This document shows positions 62,183 through 64,000 of a stretch of DNA of 64,000 nucleotides, in pieces. The translations under genes and the position numbers were made by a program. The stretch is from Actinomycetota bacterium (GTDB taxonomy: Bacteria > Actinomycetota > AC-67), in the NCBI GenBank assembly GCA_036397035.1, contig DASWJS010000021.1, forward strand, positions 788-64,787. Direction: 5' to 3'. The notes below the pieces were generated by a model. It was not told the DNA's origin. It saw only the letters and a program-made list of their open reading frames with translations, and did no database searches. How positions within the stretch are numbered: position 1 is the first letter of the stretch; each line of letters begins with the position of its first letter.

Positions 62183-63823
62183 CTAGAAGCGCGGCGCTTC
62201 GCGGTACTCGCCGAACACCTCGCGCATCCCGCCGATGATCTCGCCCTCGGTGGCCTCGGCGCGCGCAGCCTCGATGATGAGCGGCACGAGGTTCTGATCG
62301 GTCGCCGCGGCGGCGGACAGGGCCTCCAGCGCCGCGGTGACGCGCTCGCCGTCGCGGCTCGCACGCAGGTCCTCCAACGCGGCGCGCTGCGCCCGCTCGA
62401 CCTCGGGCGAGATGCGCAGGATCCCCAGCTCCTTGTCTTCGCTCTCGAATGCGTTCACGCCGACGATCGTGCGGCGGCCCTTCTCGATGCGGAGCTGGTC
62501 GCGGAAGGCCGAGTCGGCGATCTCCTGCATGAACCATCCCTGCTCGATCCCGGCGAGCACGCCCGGCATGATCCCCTTCCCGCCGCCGAGCCGTTCGATC
62601 TGGCGGAAGTAATCCTCGGCGCGCGCCTCGATCGTGTTCGTCAGCGACTCCAGGAACCAGGAGCCGCCGAGCGGGTCGATCACGTTCGTCACGCCGGTCT
62701 CGTGTGCGATCACCTGTTGCGTGCGTAGGGCGATCTCGGCCGCTTCCTGACTGGGCAGCGCGAGCACCTCGTCGAGCGCGTTCGTGTGAAGCGACTGCGT
62801 GCCGCCGAGCACCGCCGCGAGCGCCTCGATCGCCGTGCGCACGATGTTGTTGCTCGGCTGCTGCGCGGTGAGCGACACCCCGGCCGTCTGCGTGTGGAAC
62901 TTCAGCATCTGCGCCTTGGGCTCCGTCGTCCCGTAGCGGTCGCGCATCCAGCGCGCCCAGATGCGCCGCGCCGCGCGAAACTTGGCGATCTCCTCGAAGA
63001 AGTCGATGTGCGCGTCGAAGAAGAACGACAGCTTGGGCGCCAGCTCGTTGACCGCGATCCCGCGCTGCAGGCCCAGCTCGACGTAGGCGAAGCCGTCGGC
63101 GAGCGTGAACGCCAGCTCCTGCGCGGCGGTCGAGCCCGCCTCGCGGATGTGGTAGCCCGACACCGAGATCGGGTAGTAGCGCGGCATCTCCGCTGCGCAG
63201 TATTCGAGCAGGTCGCCGATCAGGCGCAAGTGCGGCTCGGGCGGGTAGCACCACTCCTTCTGCGCGATGTATTCCTTGAAGATGTCGGTCTGCAGCGTCC
63301 CGCCGAGGTCGCGCGGCGCGACGCCCTGCCGCTCGGCCGCGACCAGGTACATCGCGAACAGCACGACGGCCGGCCCGCTGATCGTCATCGAGGTCGTGAT
63401 GTCCCCGAGCGGGATGTCGCCGAAGAGCACGTCCATGTCGCGCACGGAGTCCACCGCAACGCCGCAGTGGCCGACCTCGCCTTCCGAGCGCGGGTCGTCG
63501 GAGTCGCGCCCCATGAGCGTCGGCATGTCGAAGGCGACGCTGAGACCCGTGCCTCCCGAGGCGAGCAGCATCTTGTAGCGCTCGTTCGTCGCGCGCACGT
63601 CCCCGAAGCCCGAGAACTGGCGGATCGTCCACGGCCGCCCGCGATACATGGTCGTGTAGATGCCGCGCGTGAACGGGAAGTGTCCGGAGAGCCCGATGTC
63701 GTCGGTCGGCACGGCGTCCTCGGGCGTGTAGATCGGCTTCAGCGGCTCGCCCGAGAGCGTCTCGAAGTCGGCGTCGCGCTTGCGCGCGGCCTCGTATTCG
63801 GCGTCCCAATGCTCGTCAGGCAT
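62183..63823 (-). CDS. Methylmalonyl-CoA mutase family catalytic (large) subunit lacking a B12-binding domain
   Basis: Conserved mutase TIM-barrel blocks (FPFTRGIYTTMYRGRPWTIRQFSGFG, SVAFDMPTLMG, RNFINEE-like region). Ends after the substrate-binding barrel with no C-terminal cobalamin domain. Start at MPDEHWD (63823), overlapping the upstream meaB stop. Confidence 0.9.
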   Translation of the reverse strand: MPDEHWDAEYEAARKRDADFETLSGEPLKPIYTPEDAVPTDDIGLSGHFPFTRGIYTTMYRGRPWTIRQFSGFGDVRATNERYKMLLASGGTGLSVAFDMPTLMGRDSDDPRSEGEVGHCGVAVDSVRDMDVLFGDIPLGDITTSMTISGPAVVLFAMYLVAAERQGVAPRDLGGTLQTDIFKEYIAQKEWCYPPEPHLRLIGDLLEYCAAEMPRYYPISVSGYHIREAGSTAAQELAFTLADGFAYVELGLQRGIAVNELAPKLSFFFDAHIDFFEEIAKFRAARRIWARWMRDRYGTTEPKAQMLKFHTQTAGVSLTAQQPSNNIVRTAIEALAAVLGGTQSLHTNALDEVLALPSQEAAEIALRTQQVIAHETGVTNVIDPLGGSWFLESLTNTIEARAEDYFRQIERLGGGKGIMPGVLAGIEQGWFMQEIADSAFRDQLRIEKGRRTIVGVNAFESEDKELGILRISPEVERAQRAALEDLRASRDGERVTAALEALSAAAATDQNLVPLIIEAARAEATEGEIIGGMREVFGEYREAPRF

Positions 63824-64000
63824 GCCGTTCCAGTCTATCGGCGGCCGCATACGGGTCGAGCCGCCCCTCCAGCACGTCGGCCGCCAGCGCGTCGAGCGTC
63901 TCGCCGTCGCCGGGCTCGCCGATCCGCCGCCGGATCCGCGCCACGGCGATCTCGGAGATTTCGCGGGCGACCCGGCGGACGCGGCGCGCGCGCAGCTCGC
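63816..64000 (-). CDS. meaB: Methylmalonyl-CoA-mutase-associated GTPase MeaB/ArgK (3' end only; the gene continues beyond the window)
   Basis: Reverse-strand translation ends ...EISEIAVARIRRRIGEPGDGETLDALAADVLEGRLDPYAAADRLERHA*, which matches the MeaB C-terminal dimerisation helix. The stop overlaps the mutase ATG by 8 nt. Confidence 0.65.
   Translation of the reverse strand, partial: ELRARRVRRVAREISEIAVARIRRRIGEPGDGETLDALAADVLEGRLDPYAAADRLERHA

Overview
The window is a very high-GC (about 70%+) chromosomal segment with near-continuous coding on both strands, consistent with an actinobacterium. I found no rRNA, tRNA or CRISPR array. The conserved backbone reads: serA(partial)-serC, isochorismatase-ilvB-ilvN-ilvC, ilvD, gatC-gatA-gatB, ligA, an iscS-like cysteine desulfurase with mnmA, a methyltransferase/GH57/GT4/hexapeptide-acetyltransferase/methyltransferase/echA block that resembles the mycobacterial methylglucose-lipopolysaccharide (MGLP) locus, Ku and LigD (NHEJ), and MeaB with a methylmalonyl-CoA-mutase-family large subunit. 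Several accessory modules sit between these genes. (1) An eight-gene operon of about 12.4 kb (12982-25345, + strand) whose genes are chained by ATGA/GTGA start-stop overlaps. It combines a large exported membrane protein, an ABC ATPase, an ABC-2 permease, a coiled-coil membrane protein with Gly/Gln/Pro repeats, a MoxR AAA+ ATPase, a DUF58 protein, a BatA-like TM-vWA protein and a double-vWA protein. This is the best candidate for an undescribed system. (2) A secreted vWA protein translationally coupled to an FtsH-family protease paralog (3834-7462). (3) Two tandem 198-aa secreted paralogs of unrecognised family, next to an AT-rich divergent promoter island. (4) A lower-GC two-gene module resembling an AbiEi/AbiEii-type TA pair, inserted inside the MGLP-like block. 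(5) A 994-aa exported amidase_2 plus FG-GAP-repeat protein. (6) Four 20-bp direct repeats upstream of the iscS-mnmA operon, and an 11-bp perfect hairpin in the leader of the isochorismatase-ilvBNC operon. Many long ORFs in the six-frame track are antisense or out-of-frame artefacts typical of high-GC DNA; I rejected those.
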